Below, in pieces: positions 19,381 through 31,220 of a stretch of DNA of 64,000 nucleotides. The stretch is from NCBI RefSeq assembly GCF_048403405.1, contig NZ_CP183129.1; one strand, 5' to 3'. Each line of letters opens with the position of its first letter. Position 1 is the stretch's first letter. The notes beneath the pieces were generated by a model. It was not told where the DNA came from. It did no database searches and worked only from the letters and a program-made list of their open reading frames with translations. Origin of the DNA: Escherichia coli (lineage in GTDB: Bacteria > Pseudomonadota > Gammaproteobacteria > Enterobacterales > Enterobacteriaceae). The position numbers and the translations under genes were made by a program.

Positions 19381-20220
19381 ATGAAAGACAATCCGCTGAT
19401 TTCAATCTATATGCCGACCTGGAACCGTCAACAACTGGCGATTCGGGCGATAAAATCGGTCCTGCGCCAGGACTACAGTAACTGGGAGATGATCATCGTG
19501 GATGATTGCTCCACCTCCTGGGAACAACTACAACAGTACGTCACCTCCCTCAACGATCCGCGTATCACTTACATTCACAACGACATTAACAGCGGGGCGT
19601 GCGCGGTACGTAACCAGGCGATTATGCTGGCGCAAGGGGAATACATCACCGGGATCGATGATGATGATGAATGGACACCCAACCGCCTGAGCGTCTTCCT
19701 CGCCCATAAACAGCAACTGGTCACTCACGCCTTTTTGTACGCTAACGACTACGTTTGCCAGGGCGAAGTCTATTCCCAACCGGCAAGCTTGCCGCTGTAT
19801 CCCAAATCGCCGTATTCACGCCGCCTGTTCTACAAACGCAATATCATTGGCAATCAGGTCTTTACCTGGGCGTGGCGTTTCAAAGAGTGCTTGTTCGATA
19901 CCAAACTGAAAGCGGCACAGGATTACGACATCTTCCTGCGGATGGTGGTGGAGTACGGCGAACCGTGGAAAGTGGAAGAGGCGACGCAGATCCTGCATAT
20001 CAATCATGGTGAAATGCAGATCACCTCGTCACCGAAAAAATTCTCCGGATACTTCCACTTTTACCGCAAGCACAAAGACAAATTCGACCGCGCCAGCAAA
20101 AAATATCAGCTGTTTACCCTCTACCAGATCCGCAATAAACGCATGACCTGGCGCACTTTGCTGACGCTGCTGTCGGTGCGTAACGGCAAACGTCTGGCTG
20201 ATGGTATTCGGGGGCGCTAA
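19381..20220 (+). CDS. wcaA: Colanic acid GT2 glycosyltransferase WcaA
   Basis: 279 aa. Starts ISIYMPTWNR and has a GIDDDDEW DXD region. Position fits the cluster order. Confidence 0.93.
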   Translation: MKDNPLISIYMPTWNRQQLAIRAIKSVLRQDYSNWEMIIVDDCSTSWEQLQQYVTSLNDPRITYIHNDINSGACAVRNQAIMLAQGEYITGIDDDDEWTPNRLSVFLAHKQQLVTHAFLYANDYVCQGEVYSQPASLPLYPKSPYSRRLFYKRNIIGNQVFTWAWRFKECLFDTKLKAAQDYDIFLRMVVEYGEPWKVEEATQILHINHGEMQITSSPKKFSGYFHFYRKHKDKFDRASKKYQLFTLYQIRNKRMTWRTLLTLLSVRNGKRLADGIRGR

Positions 20221-20222
20221 AG

Positions 20223-20711
20223 ATGCTGGAAGATCTGCGCGCCAACAGCTGGAGTTTACGTCCGTGCTGCATGGTTCTTGCCTATCGCGTCGCTCATTTT
20301 TGTTCGGTGTGGCGCAAAAAGAACGTCCTCAACAATCTGTGGGCGGCCCCGCTGCTGGTGCTGTATCGCATTATCACCGAATGCTTTTTCGGTTATGAAA
20401 TCCAGGCCGCCGCGACCATAGGCCGACGCTTTACTATCCATCACGGTTACGCCGTGGTGATCAATAAAAACGTGGTCGCGGGGGATGATTTCACCATTCG
20501 TCACGGCGTCACTATCGGCAATCGTGGTGCCGATAACATGGCATGTCCACACATTGGCAACGGCGTCGAACTCGGTGCCAACGTCATTATTCTTGGTGAT
20601 ATCACGCTTGGTAACAACGTCACCGTGGGCGCGGGCAGCGTGGTGCTCGACTCTGTCCCGGACAACGCGCTGGTGGTGGGAGAAAAAGCGCGAGTGAAGG
20701 TAATTAAATGA
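20223..20711 (+). CDS. wcaB: Colanic acid O-acetyltransferase WcaB (hexapeptide repeat)
   Basis: 162 aa with left-handed beta-helix repeats (IGNGVELGANVIILGDITLGNNVTVGAGSVV). Confidence 0.93.
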   Translation: MLEDLRANSWSLRPCCMVLAYRVAHFCSVWRKKNVLNNLWAAPLLVLYRIITECFFGYEIQAAATIGRRFTIHHGYAVVINKNVVAGDDFTIRHGVTIGNRGADNMACPHIGNGVELGANVIILGDITLGNNVTVGAGSVVLDSVPDNALVVGEKARVKVIK

Positions 20712-21925
20712 ATATTCTGCAATTCAATGTGCGACTGGCGGAAGGCGGGGCAGCAGGTGTGGCGTTAGATCTCCACCAGCGTGCGCTGCAACAGGGGCTG
20801 GCATCACATTTTGTCTACGGCTACGGCAAAGGCGGCAAAGAGAGCGTCAGCCATCAGAACTATCCGCAGGTCATCAAACATACGCCGCGGATGACCGCGA
20901 TGGCGAACATTGCGTTGTTTCGTCTGCTTAATCGCGATCTGTTCGGCAATTTCAATGAGTTATATCGTACCATTACTCGCACACCGGGCCCGGTGGTTCT
21001 GCATTTTCATGTGCTGCACAGCTACTGGTTGAATCTTAACAGCGTGGTGCGCTTTTGCGAAAAAGTGAAAAACCATAAACCGGATGTCACTCTGGTCTGG
21101 ACACTGCACGACCACTGGAGCGTTACCGGACGCTGCGCCTTTACCGACGGTTGCGAAGGCTGGAAAACGGGCTGCCAGAAATGCCCGACCTTAAATAATT
21201 ATCCGCCGGTGAAGATTGATCGCGCACACCAACTGGTGGCGGGTAAACGCCAGTTATTCCGCGAGATGCTGGCACTGGGCTGTCAGTTTATTTCCCCCAG
21301 CCAGCATGTGGCTGATGCTTTCAATAGTCTGTACGGTCCAGGGCGTTGCCGGATTATCAATAACGGTATTGATATGGCAACCGAAGCGATTCTGGCGGAC
21401 TTGCCTCCGGTACGCGAAACCCAGGGCAAGCCGAAAATCGCGGTGGTGGCGCATGACCTGCGTTACGACGGCAAAACTAACCAGCAACTGGTACGCGAGA
21501 TGATGGCGCTGGGCGACAAAATCGAACTGCATACTTTCGGTAAGTTCTCGCCGTTCACCGCTGGTAACGTTGTTAATCACGGCTTTGAAACTGACAAACG
21601 TAAACTGATGAGCGCGCTCAACCAGATGGATGCGCTGGTGTTCAGTTCTCGCGTCGATAACTACCCGCTGATTTTGTGTGAGGCGCTATCAATTGGTGTG
21701 CCGGTGATTGCCACCCATAGCGATGCGGCGCGTGAAGTGCTGCAAAAATCCGGCGGTAAAACCGTCAGCGAAGAAGAGGTGCTGCAACTGGTGCAGTTAA
21801 GCAAACCGGAAATTGCGCAGGCGATATTTGGTACCACGCTGGCTGGGTTTAGCCAACGCAGCCGCGCCGCCTACAGTGGACAACAGATGCTGGAGGAGTA
21901 TGTCAACTTCTATCAGAATCTGTAG
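20708..21925 (+). CDS. wcaC: Colanic acid glycosyltransferase WcaC
   Basis: 405 aa. Overlaps the wcaB stop. Length and position match K-12. Confidence 0.93.
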   Translation: MNILQFNVRLAEGGAAGVALDLHQRALQQGLASHFVYGYGKGGKESVSHQNYPQVIKHTPRMTAMANIALFRLLNRDLFGNFNELYRTITRTPGPVVLHFHVLHSYWLNLNSVVRFCEKVKNHKPDVTLVWTLHDHWSVTGRCAFTDGCEGWKTGCQKCPTLNNYPPVKIDRAHQLVAGKRQLFREMLALGCQFISPSQHVADAFNSLYGPGRCRIINNGIDMATEAILADLPPVRETQGKPKIAVVAHDLRYDGKTNQQLVREMMALGDKIELHTFGKFSPFTAGNVVNHGFETDKRKLMSALNQMDALVFSSRVDNYPLILCEALSIGVPVIATHSDAAREVLQKSGGKTVSEEEVLQLVQLSKPEIAQAIFGTTLAGFSQRSRAAYSGQQMLEEYVNFYQNL

Positions 21926-23117
21926 CTACCTACTGCTGCCGCTGATTTACCTGCTGGTTAACGTCAAAATAGCCCAGCTTGGCGAAAGTTTCCCCATTAC
22001 CATCGTCACTTTTTTACCCGTCTTGTTACTGCTGTTTTTAGAGCGCATCAACGTTAAAAAATTGATGATTGCCTTAGGGGTTGGTGCGGGACTCACGGCG
22101 TTTAACTACCTGTTTGGTCAGTCGTTGGATGCCAGTAAATACGTCACTTCAACCATGCTGTTTGTCTATATTGTGATCATTATTGGCATGGTGTGGAGTA
22201 TTCGTTTTAAAACAATTTCGCCACACAACCATCGCAAGATATTACGTTTCTTTTATCTGGTGGTCGGGCTGGTGGTGGCGCTGGCGGCGGTGGAGATGGC
22301 GCAAATTATCCTCACCGGCGGTAGCAGTATTATGGAGTCGATTTCGAAATATCTGATTTACAGCAACAGCTATGTGCTGAATTTCATTAAATTCGGCGGC
22401 AAGCGCACGACAGCACTTTATTTCGAACCGGCATTTTTCGCTCTGGCATTAATCTCAATTTGGCTCAGCATCAAACAGTTTGGTATCAAAACGCCTAAAA
22501 CCGATGCTATGATTCTCGCAGGGATAATATTATCCGGATCGTTTTCAGGGGTTATGACCTTTATCCTTTTTTATTTGCTGGAGTGGGCATTTCAATATCT
22601 GAATAAAGAGGCGATTAAGAAAAAGTTACCGTTAGCATTGGTTTCTCTGGCTGTATTCCTGGTTGGTGTGGTAATCGCGTTTCCTTATATTTCCACCCGT
22701 CTGGGTGATTTAGGCACGGAAGGTTCGTCATCGTATTATCGTATTGTCGGTCCGCTGGTGATGGTCGGTTATTCTTTGACCCATATTGACGGTGTAGTCA
22801 GATTTGGCTCACTTTATGAATATGTCGCATCATTCGGAATATTTAACGGTGCGGATGTCGGAAAAACCATAGACAATGGTTTGTATCTGCTGATTATTTA
22901 TTTTTCCTGGTTCGCAGTGTTTTTATCGCTGTGGTACATGGGGAAAGTGATAAAAATGATGATCAACGCTTTTGGTGATAACCGCAATTTTCGCGTGCAA
23001 TTATATTTTTTTACTCCGGTATCGCTGTTTTTTACCGGTTCGATATTTAGCCCGGAATATGCATTTTTAATCGTCTGTCCGTTTATTTTGCGAAAAGCGT
23101 TAAATATTACGAGGTAA
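21900..23117 (+). CDS. wcaD: Colanic acid polymerase WcaD
   Basis: Polytopic membrane protein, 405 aa from [12 protein letters not shown]. The ORF-track start at 21813 lies inside wcaC and was rejected. Confidence 0.9.
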   Translation: MSTSIRICSYLLLPLIYLLVNVKIAQLGESFPITIVTFLPVLLLLFLERINVKKLMIALGVGAGLTAFNYLFGQSLDASKYVTSTMLFVYIVIIIGMVWSIRFKTISPHNHRKILRFFYLVVGLVVALAAVEMAQIILTGGSSIMESISKYLIYSNSYVLNFIKFGGKRTTALYFEPAFFALALISIWLSIKQFGIKTPKTDAMILAGIILSGSFSGVMTFILFYLLEWAFQYLNKEAIKKKLPLALVSLAVFLVGVVIAFPYISTRLGDLGTEGSSSYYRIVGPLVMVGYSLTHIDGVVRFGSLYEYVASFGIFNGADVGKTIDNGLYLLIIYFSWFAVFLSLWYMGKVIKMMINAFGDNRNFRVQLYFFTPVSLFFTGSIFSPEYAFLIVCPFILRKALNITR

Positions 23118-23127
23118 GAATAAGAAC

Positions 23128-23874
23128 ATGTTGCTTAGCATAATCACTGTCGCGTTTCGTAACCTCGAAGGGATAGTCAAAACACATGCCTCGCTGGCGC
23201 ATCTAGCGCAGGTGGACGATATCAGCTTCGAATGGATTGTTGTCGATGGCGGTTCCAACGACGGTACCCGTGAGTATCTGGAAAATCTCAAGGGTATCTA
23301 TAACCTACGCTTTGTCAGCGAGCCAGATAACGGTATCTACGACGCCATGAACAAGGGCATTGCGATGGCACAAGGCAAGTTCGCGTTGTTTCTCAACTCG
23401 GGCGATATTTTTCATCAGGATGCCGCAAATTTTGTCCGTAAGTTAAAAGTGCAAAAAGATAACGTGATGATCACCGGCGATGCGCTGCTGGATTTTGGCG
23501 ACGGGCATAAAATTAAACGTAGCGCCAAACCGGGCTGGTATATTTACCACAGCCTGCCCGCCAGTCATCAGGCGATATTTTTCCCGGTGTCCGGCTTGAA
23601 GAAATGGCGTTATGACCTGGAATATAAAGTTTCTTCCGACTACGCGCTGGCGGCCAAAATGTATAAAGCCGGTTATGCATTTAAAAAACTCAATGGCCTG
23701 GTGTCTGAATTTTCCATGGGTGGGGTATCTACCACCAATAATATGGAATTGTGTGCTGATGCCAAAAAAGTCCAACGGCAAATATTACATGTGCCTGGCT
23801 TCTGGGCAGAATTATCCTGGCATTTACGCCAGCGTACTACCTCAAAGACGAAAGCCTTATATAACAAAAGCTGA
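23128..23874 (+). CDS. wcaE: Colanic acid GT2 glycosyltransferase WcaE
   Basis: 248 aa with an N-terminal [10 protein letters not shown] motif and DGGSNDGT. Confidence 0.93.
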   Translation: MLLSIITVAFRNLEGIVKTHASLAHLAQVDDISFEWIVVDGGSNDGTREYLENLKGIYNLRFVSEPDNGIYDAMNKGIAMAQGKFALFLNSGDIFHQDAANFVRKLKVQKDNVMITGDALLDFGDGHKIKRSAKPGWYIYHSLPASHQAIFFPVSGLKKWRYDLEYKVSSDYALAAKMYKAGYAFKKLNGLVSEFSMGGVSTTNNMELCADAKKVQRQILHVPGFWAELSWHLRQRTTSKTKALYNKS

Positions 23875-23889
23875 ATATAAGGGAAAACG

Positions 23890-24438
23890 ATGCAGGATTT
23901 AAGTGGGTTCTCGGTGCCGAAAGGGTTCCGGGGCAGCAATGCTATTAAAGTGCAATTATGGTGGGCGGTACAGGCAACAATATTTGCCTGGTCGCCACAA
24001 GTATTGTATCGCTGGCGGGCATTTTTATTACGTTTATTCGGCGCAAAAATAGGAAAAAACGTAGTTATTCGTCCGTCAGTAAAAATTACCTATCCGTGGA
24101 AATTAACCTTAGGTGATTACGCGTGGGTCGGCGATGAGGTCAATTTATATACCCTCGGTGAAATAACCATTGGCGCACATTCGGTGATATCGCAAAAAAG
24201 TTATTTATGCACCGGGAGCCACGACCATGCAAGTCAACATTTCACCATTAACGCCACGCCTATTGTGATTGGCGAGAAATGCTGGCTGGCGACAGATGTT
24301 TTTGTTGCCCCTGGCGTCACGATCGGCAACGGCACCGTCGTGGGTGCGCGAAGCAGTGTTTTTAAATCGCTTCCGGCAAATGTGGTTTGCCGGGGGAACC
24401 CCGCAGTGGTGATACGCAAACGCGTTGAAACTGAATAA
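23890..24438 (+). CDS. wcaF: Colanic acid O-acetyltransferase WcaF (hexapeptide repeat)
   Basis: 182 aa with hexapeptide repeats near the C-terminus. Confidence 0.93.
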   Translation: MQDLSGFSVPKGFRGSNAIKVQLWWAVQATIFAWSPQVLYRWRAFLLRLFGAKIGKNVVIRPSVKITYPWKLTLGDYAWVGDEVNLYTLGEITIGAHSVISQKSYLCTGSHDHASQHFTINATPIVIGEKCWLATDVFVAPGVTIGNGTVVGARSSVFKSLPANVVCRGNPAVVIRKRVETE

Positions 24439-24464
24439 ATTCAAAAAATACAGAGGAATAAGAC

Positions 24465-25586
24465 ATGTCAAAAGTCGCTCTCATCACCGGCGTAACCGGA
24501 CAAGACGGTTCTTACCTGGCAGAGTTTCTGCTGGAAAAAGGTTACGAGGTGCATGGTATTAAGCGTCGCGCATCGTCATTCAACACCGAGCGCGTGGATC
24601 ACATTTATCAGGATCCGCACACCTGCAACCCGAAATTCCATCTGCATTATGGCGACCTGAGTGATACCTCCAACCTGACGCGCATTTTGCGTGAAGTGCA
24701 GCCGGATGAAGTGTACAACCTGGGCGCAATGAGCCACGTTGCGGTTTCTTTTGAGTCACCGGAATATACCGCTGACGTCGACGCGATGGGTACGCTGCGT
24801 CTGCTGGAGGCGATCCGCTTCCTCGGTCTGGAAAAGAAAACCCGTTTCTATCAGGCTTCCACCTCTGAACTGTATGGTCTGGTGCAGGAAATTCCGCAGA
24901 AAGAAACCACGCCGTTCTATCCACGCTCTCCGTATGCGGTCGCCAAACTGTACGCCTACTGGATCACCGTTAACTACCGCGAATCCTACGGCATGTACGC
25001 CTGTAACGGTATTCTCTTCAACCATGAATCCCCGCGCCGCGGCGAAACCTTCGTTACCCGCAAAATCACCCGCGCAATCGCCAACATCGCCCAGGGGCTG
25101 GAATCGTGCCTGTACCTCGGCAATATGGATTCCCTGCGTGACTGGGGCCATGCCAAAGACTACGTAAAAATGCAGTGGATGATGCTGCAACAGGAACAAC
25201 CGGAAGATTTCGTTATTGCCACCGGCGTTCAGTACTCCGTGCGTCAGTTCGTGGAAATGGCGGCAGCACAACTGGGCATCAAACTGCGCTTTGAAGGTAC
25301 GGGCGTTGAAGAGAAGGGCATTGTGGTTTCCGTCACCGGGCATGACGCGCCGGGCGTTAAACCGGGTGATGTGATTATCGCCGTTGATCCGCGTTACTTC
25401 CGTCCGGCTGAAGTTGAAACGCTGCTCGGCGACCCGACCAAAGCGCACGAAAAACTGGGCTGGAAACCGGAAATCACCCTCAGAGAGATGGTGTCTGAAA
25501 TGGTGGCTAATGACCTTGAAGCGGCGAAAAAACACTCTCTGCTGAAATCTCACGGCTACGACGTGGCGATCGCGCTGGAGTCATAA
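24465..25586 (+). CDS. gmd: GDP-mannose 4,6-dehydratase
   Basis: 373 aa. Rossmann motif [17 protein letters not shown] and YAVAKLY catalytic YxxxK. Confidence 0.97.
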
Positions 25587-25588
25587 GC

Positions 25589-26554
25589 ATGAGTAAACAA
25601 CGCATTTTTATCGCTGGCCATCGCGGGATGGTCGGTTCCGCCATCAGGCGGCAGCTCGAACAGCGCGGTGATGTGGAACTGGTATTACGCACCCGCGACG
25701 AGCTGAACCTGCTGGACAGCCGCGCGGTGCATGATTTCTTTGCCAGCGAACGTATTGACCAGGTCTATCTGGCGGCGGCGAAAGTGGGCGGCATTGTTGC
25801 CAACAACACCTATCCGGCAGATTTCATCTACCAGAACATGATGATTGAGAGCAACATCATTCACGCCGCGCATCAGAACGACGTGAACAAACTGCTGTTT
25901 CTCGGATCGTCCTGTATCTACCCGAAACTGGCAAAACAGCCGATGGCAGAAAGCGAGTTATTGCAGGGTACGCTGGAGCCGACTAACGAGCCTTATGCTA
26001 TTGCCAAAATCGCCGGGATCAAACTGTGCGAATCTTACAACCGCCAGTATGGACGCGATTATCGCTCGGTCATGCCGACCAACCTGTATGGCCCGCATGA
26101 CAACTTCCACCCGAGTAATTCGCATGTGATCCCTGCATTGCTGCGTCGCTTCCACGAGGCGACGGCACAGAATGCACCGGACGTGGTGGTGTGGGGCAGC
26201 GGTACACCGATGCGCGAATTTCTGCACGTCGATGATATGGCGGCGGCGAGCATTCATGTGATGGAGCTGGCGCACGAAGTCTGGCTGGAGAACACCCAAC
26301 CGATGCTGTCGCACATTAACGTCGGCACGGGCGTTGACTGCACTATCCGCGAGCTGGCGCAAACCATCGCCAAAGTGGTGGGTTACAAAGGTCGGGTGGT
26401 TTTTGATGCCAGTAAACCGGATGGTACACCGCGCAAACTGCTGGATGTGACACGCCTGCATCAGCTTGGCTGGTATCACGAAATCTCACTGGAAGCGGGG
26501 CTCGCCAGCACTTACCAGTGGTTCCTTGAGAATCAAGACCGCTTTCGGGGGTAA
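25589..26554 (+). CDS. fcl: GDP-L-fucose synthase (WcaG)
   Basis: 321 aa. [12 protein letters not shown]ossmann motif and YAIAKIAG YxxxK. Confidence 0.97.
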   Translation: MSKQRIFIAGHRGMVGSAIRRQLEQRGDVELVLRTRDELNLLDSRAVHDFFASERIDQVYLAAAKVGGIVANNTYPADFIYQNMMIESNIIHAAHQNDVNKLLFLGSSCIYPKLAKQPMAESELLQGTLEPTNEPYAIAKIAGIKLCESYNRQYGRDYRSVMPTNLYGPHDNFHPSNSHVIPALLRRFHEATAQNAPDVVVWGSGTPMREFLHVDDMAAASIHVMELAHEVWLENTQPMLSHINVGTGVDCTIRELAQTIAKVVGYKGRVVFDASKPDGTPRKLLDVTRLHQLGWYHEISLEAGLASTYQWFLENQDRFRG

Positions 26555-26556
26555 TG

Positions 26557-27036
26557 ATGTTTTTACGTCAGGAAGACTTTGCCACGGTAGTGCGCTCTAC
26601 TCCGCTTGTCTCTCTCGACTTTATTGTCGAGAACAGTCGCGGCGAGTTTCTGCTTGGCAAAAGAACCAACCGCCCGGCGCAGGGTTACTGGTTTGTGCCG
26701 GGAGGGCGCGTGCAGAAAGACGAAACGCTGGAAGCCGCATTTGAGCGGCTGACGATGGAGGAACTGGGGCTGCGTCTGCCGATAACAGTAGGCCAGTTTT
26801 ACGGTGTCTGGCAGCACTTTTATGACGATAACTTCTCCGACACGGATTTCACCACTCACTATGTGGTGCTCGGTTTTCGCTTCAGAGTCGCTGAAGAAGA
26901 TCTGTTACTGCCGGATGAGCAGCATGACGATTACCGCTGGCTGACGCCGGACGCGTTGCTCGCCAGTGACAATGTTCACGCTAACAGCCGCGCCTATTTT
27001 CTCGCTGAGAAGCGTGCCGGAGTTCCCGGATTATGA
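26557..27036 (+). CDS. gmm: GDP-mannose mannosyl hydrolase (Nudix; WcaH/NudD)
   Basis: 159 aa from MFLRQEDF with a Nudix-like region ([23 protein letters not shown]). Confidence 0.94.
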   Translation: MFLRQEDFATVVRSTPLVSLDFIVENSRGEFLLGKRTNRPAQGYWFVPGGRVQKDETLEAAFERLTMEELGLRLPITVGQFYGVWQHFYDDNFSDTDFTTHYVVLGFRFRVAEEDLLLPDEQHDDYRWLTPDALLASDNVHANSRAYFLAEKRAGVPGL

Positions 27037-28256
27037 AAATACTGGTCTACGGCATTAACTACTCGCCGGAGTTAACCGGCATCGGCAAGTACACCGGCGA
27101 GATGGTGGAATGGCTGGCGGCACAAGGTCATGAGGTGCGGGTTATTACCGCACCGCCTTACTACCCGCAATGGCAGGTGGGCGAGAACTATTCCGCCTGG
27201 CGGTACAAACGAGAAGAGGGGGCCGCCACGGTGTGGCGCTGCCCGCTGTACGTGCCAAAACAGCCGAGCACCCTGAAACGCCTGTTGCATCTCGGCAGTT
27301 TTGCCGCCAGCAGTTTCTTTCCGCTGATGGCGCAACGTCGCTGGAAGCCGGATCGCATTATCGGCGTGGTGCCAACGCTGTTTTGCACGCCGGGAATGCG
27401 CCTGCTGGCGAAACTGTCTGGTGCGCGCACGGTGCTGCATATTCAGGATTACGAAGTGGACGCCATGCTGGGGCTGGGCCTTGCCGGAAAAGGCAAAGGC
27501 GGCAAAGTGGCACAGCTGGCGACGGCGTTCGAACGTAGCGGACTGCATAACGTCGATAACGTCTCCACGATTTCGCGTTCGATGATGAATAAAGCCATCG
27601 AAAAAGGCGTGGCGGCAGAAAACGTCATCTTCTTCCCCAACTGGTCGGAAATCGCCCGTTTTCAACATGTTGCAGACGCCGATGTTGACGACCTTCGTAA
27701 CCAGCTTGCCCTGCCGGATAACAAAAAAATCATTCTTTACTCCGGCAATATTGGTGAAAAGCAGGGGCTGGAAAACGTTATTGAAGCTGCCGATCGCCTG
27801 CGCGATGAACCGCTTATTTTTGCCATTGTCGGGCAGGGCGGCGGCAAAGCGCGGCTGGAAAAAATGGCGCAGCAGCGTGGACTGCGCAACATGCAATTTT
27901 TTCCGCTGCAATCATATGACGCTTTACCCGCACTGCTGAAGATGGGCGATTGCCATCTGGTGGTGCAAAAACGCGGCGCGGCAGATGCCGTATTGCCGTC
28001 GAAACTGACCAATATTCTGGCGGTAGGCGGTAACGCGGTGATTACTGCTGAAGCCCACACAGAACTGGGACAGCTTTGCGAAACCTTTCCGGGCATTGCG
28101 GTTTGCGTGGAACCGGAATCGGTCGAGGCGCTGGTGGCGGGGATTCGTCAGGCGCTCCTGCTGCCCAAACACAACACGGTGGCACGTGAATATGCCGAAC
28201 GCACGCTCGATAAAGAGAACGTGTTACGTCAATTTATAAATGATATTCGGGGATAA
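27033..28256 (+). CDS. wcaI: Colanic acid GT4 glycosyltransferase WcaI
   Basis: 407 aa. Overlaps the gmm stop. Matches K-12 WcaI. Confidence 0.93.
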   Translation: MKILVYGINYSPELTGIGKYTGEMVEWLAAQGHEVRVITAPPYYPQWQVGENYSAWRYKREEGAATVWRCPLYVPKQPSTLKRLLHLGSFAASSFFPLMAQRRWKPDRIIGVVPTLFCTPGMRLLAKLSGARTVLHIQDYEVDAMLGLGLAGKGKGGKVAQLATAFERSGLHNVDNVSTISRSMMNKAIEKGVAAENVIFFPNWSEIARFQHVADADVDDLRNQLALPDNKKIILYSGNIGEKQGLENVIEAADRLRDEPLIFAIVGQGGGKARLEKMAQQRGLRNMQFFPLQSYDALPALLKMGDCHLVVQKRGAADAVLPSKLTNILAVGGNAVITAEAHTELGQLCETFPGIAVCVEPESVEALVAGIRQALLLPKHNTVAREYAERTLDKENVLRQFINDIRG

Positions 28257-28258
28257 TT

Positions 28259-29695
28259 ATGGCGCAGTCGAAACTCTATCCAGTTGTGATGGCAGGTGGC
28301 TCCGGTAGCCGCTTATGGCCGCTTTCCCGCGTACTTTACCCCAAGCAGTTTTTATGCCTGAAAGGCGATCTCACCATGCTGCAAACCACCATCTGCCGCC
28401 TGAACGGCGTGGAGTGCGAAAGCCCGGTGGTGATTTGCAATGAGCAGCACCGCTTTATTGTCGCGGAACAGCTGCGTCAACTGAATAAACTCACCGAGAA
28501 CATTATTCTCGAACCGGCAGGGCGTAACACTGCACCTGCCATTGCGCTGGCGGCGCTGGCGGCAAAACGTCATAGCCCGGAGAGCGACCCGTTAATGCTG
28601 GTCTTGGCGGCGGATCATGTGATTGCCGACGAAGACGCGTTCCGTGCCGCCGTGCGTAATGCCATGCCGTATGCCGAAGCGGGTAAGCTGGTCACCTTCG
28701 GCATTGTGCCGGATCTACCTGAAACCGGATATGGCTATATTCGTCGCGGTGAAGTGTCGGCGGGCGAGCAGGATACGGTGGCCTTTGAAGTGGCGCAGTT
28801 TGTCGAAAAACCGAATCTGGAAACCGCTCAGGCCTATGTGGCAAGCGGCGAATATTACTGGAACAGCGGTATGTTCCTGTTCCGTGCCGGACGCTATCTC
28901 GAAGAACTGAAAAAATATCGCCCGGATATTCTCGATGCCTGCGAAAAAGCGATGAGCGCCGTCGATCCGGATCTCGATTTTATTCGTGTGGATGAAGAAG
29001 CGTTTCTGGCCTGCCCGGAAGAGTCGGTGGATTACGCGGTCATGGAACGCACGGCAGATGCCGTTGTGGTGCCGATGGATGCAGGCTGGAGCGATGTCGG
29101 CTCCTGGTCCTCTTTATGGGAGATCAGCGCCCACACCGCCGAGGGCAACGTTTGCCATGGCGATGTGATTAATCACAAAACTGAAAACAGCTATGTGTAT
29201 GCCGAATCTGGCCTGGTCACCACCGTCGGGGTGAAAGATTTGGTGGTAGTGCAGACCAAAGATGCGGTGCTGATTGCCGACCGTAATGCGGTGCAGGATG
29301 TGAAAAAAGTGGTCGAGCAGATCAAAGCTGATGGTCGCCATGAGCATCGGGTGCATCGCGAAGTGTATCGTCCGTGGGGCAAATATGACTCTATCGACGC
29401 GGGCGACCGCTATCAGGTGAAACGCATCACCGTGAAACCGGGCGAAGGCTTGTCAGTACAGATGCACCATCACCGCGCGGAACACTGGGTAGTGGTCGCG
29501 GGAACGGCAAAAGTCACTATTGACGGTGATATCAAACTGCTTGGTGAAAACGAGTCCATTTATATTCCGCTGGGGGCGACGCACTGCCTGGAAAACCCGG
29601 GGAAAATTCCGCTCGATTTAATTGAAGTGCGCTCCGGCTCTTATCTCGAAGAGGATGATGTGGTGCGCTTCGCGGATCGCTACGGACGGGTGTAG
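28259..29695 (+). CDS. cpsB: Mannose-1-phosphate guanylyltransferase (ManC)
   Basis: 478 aa. Nucleotidyltransferase motif [11 protein letters not shown] and a C-terminal cupin domain. Confidence 0.96.
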   Translation: MAQSKLYPVVMAGGSGSRLWPLSRVLYPKQFLCLKGDLTMLQTTICRLNGVECESPVVICNEQHRFIVAEQLRQLNKLTENIILEPAGRNTAPAIALAALAAKRHSPESDPLMLVLAADHVIADEDAFRAAVRNAMPYAEAGKLVTFGIVPDLPETGYGYIRRGEVSAGEQDTVAFEVAQFVEKPNLETAQAYVASGEYYWNSGMFLFRAGRYLEELKKYRPDILDACEKAMSAVDPDLDFIRVDEEAFLACPEESVDYAVMERTADAVVVPMDAGWSDVGSWSSLWEISAHTAEGNVCHGDVINHKTENSYVYAESGLVTTVGVKDLVVVQTKDAVLIADRNAVQDVKKVVEQIKADGRHEHRVHREVYRPWGKYDSIDAGDRYQVKRITVKPGEGLSVQMHHHRAEHWVVVAGTAKVTIDGDIKLLGENESIYIPLGATHCLENPGKIPLDLIEVRSGSYLEEDDVVRFADRYGRV

Positions 29696-29795
29696 CCGTT
29701 GAATAATCAACCGGATTAATTCTCCGGTAAATAACGAAAAAACAAAATTGGCCGTTTCGGTCAGGGCCAACTATTGCCTGAAAAAGGGTAACGAC

Positions 29796-31166
29796 ATGAA
29801 AAAATTAACCTGCTTTAAAGCCTATGATATTCGCGGGAAATTAGGCGAAGAACTGAATGAAGATATCGCCTGGCGCATTGGTCGCGCCTATGGCGAATTT
29901 CTCAAACCGAAAACCATTGTGTTAGGCTGTGATGTCCGCCTCACCAGCGAAACCTTAAAACTGGCGCTGGCGAAAGGTTTACAGGATGCGGGCGTCGATG
30001 TGCTGGATATTGGCATGTCCGGCACCGAAGAGATCTATTTCGCCACGTTCCATCTCGGCGTGGATGGTGGCATTGAAGTTACCGCCAGCCATAACCCGAT
30101 GGATTACAACGGCATGAAGCTGGTGCGCGAGGGGGCCCGCCCGATCAGCGGTGATACCGGACTGCGCGATGTCCAGCGTCTGGCAGAAGCCAACGACTTC
30201 CCTCCCGTTGATGAAACCAAACGCGGTCGCTATCAGCAAATCAATCTGCGTGACGCTTACGTTGATCACCTGTTCGGTTATATCAACGTCAAAAACCTCA
30301 CGCCGCTCAAGCTGGTGATCAACTCCGGGAACGGCGCAGCGGGTCCGGTGGTGGACGCCATCGAAGCCCGCTTTAACGCCCTCGGCGCACCTGTGGAATT
30401 GATCAAAGTGCACAACACGCCGGACGGCAATTTCCCCAACGGTATTCCTAACCCGCTGCTGCCAGAATGTCGCGACGACACTCGCAATGCGGTCATTAAA
30501 CACGGCGCGGATATGGGCATTGCCTTTGATGGCGATTTTGACCGCTGTTTCCTGTTTGACGAAAAAGGGCAGTTTATCGAGGGTTACTACATTGTCGGTT
30601 TGCTGGCAGAAGCGTTCCTCGAAAAAAATCCCGGCGCGAAGATCATCCACGATCCGCGTCTCTCCTGGAACACCGTTGATGTGGTGACTGCCGCAGGCGG
30701 TACGCCGGTAATGTCGAAAACCGGACACGCCTTTATTAAAGAACGTATGCGCAAGGAAGACGCCATCTACGGTGGCGAAATGAGCGCCCACCATTACTTC
30801 CGTGATTTCGCTTACTGCGACAGCGGCATGATCCCGTGGCTGCTGGTCGCCGAACTGGTGTGCCTGAAAGGAAAAACGCTGGGCGAACTGGTGCGCGACC
30901 GGATGGCGGCGTTTCCGGCAAGCGGTGAGATCAACAGCAAACTGGCACAACCTGTTGAGGCGATTAACCGCGTGGAACAGCACTTTAGCCGCGAGGCGCT
31001 GGCGGTGGATCGTACCGATGGCATCAGCATGACCTTTGCCGACTGGCGCTTTAATCTGCGCTCCTCCAACACCGAACCGGTGGTGCGGTTGAATGTGGAA
31101 TCACGCGGTGATGTGCCGCTGATGGAAGCGCGAACGCGAACTCTGCTGACGTTGCTGAACGAGTAA
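29796..31166 (+). CDS. cpsG: Phosphomannomutase (ManB)
   Basis: 456 aa from [14 protein letters not shown] with the active-site TASHNP motif. The ORF-track start at 29748 was rejected. Confidence 0.96.
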   Translation: MKKLTCFKAYDIRGKLGEELNEDIAWRIGRAYGEFLKPKTIVLGCDVRLTSETLKLALAKGLQDAGVDVLDIGMSGTEEIYFATFHLGVDGGIEVTASHNPMDYNGMKLVREGARPISGDTGLRDVQRLAEANDFPPVDETKRGRYQQINLRDAYVDHLFGYINVKNLTPLKLVINSGNGAAGPVVDAIEARFNALGAPVELIKVHNTPDGNFPNGIPNPLLPECRDDTRNAVIKHGADMGIAFDGDFDRCFLFDEKGQFIEGYYIVGLLAEAFLEKNPGAKIIHDPRLSWNTVDVVTAAGGTPVMSKTGHAFIKERMRKEDAIYGGEMSAHHYFRDFAYCDSGMIPWLLVAELVCLKGKTLGELVRDRMAAFPASGEINSKLAQPVEAINRVEQHFSREALAVDRTDGISMTFADWRFNLRSSNTEPVVRLNVESRGDVPLMEARTRTLLTLLNE

Positions 31167-31220
31167 TGTCGGATCTTCCCTTACTCCACTGCGGGTAAGG
31201 GGTTAAAAACAGGAACAACG

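Noticed and set aside
24756-25553. Long antisense ORFs inside conserved genes. Examples: 24756-25553 opposite gmd, 27072-27911 opposite wcaI, 29979-30983 opposite cpsG, 32130-32768 opposite wcaJ/wzxC, 49256-50431 opposite gnd, 17363-17947 opposite wzc, and 52925-53482 opposite hisI.
   Set aside because: These are shadow ORFs on the strand opposite strongly conserved, well-recognised proteins in GC-rich coding sequence. Their translations are low-complexity and Arg/His/Gln-rich, with no recognisable motifs.
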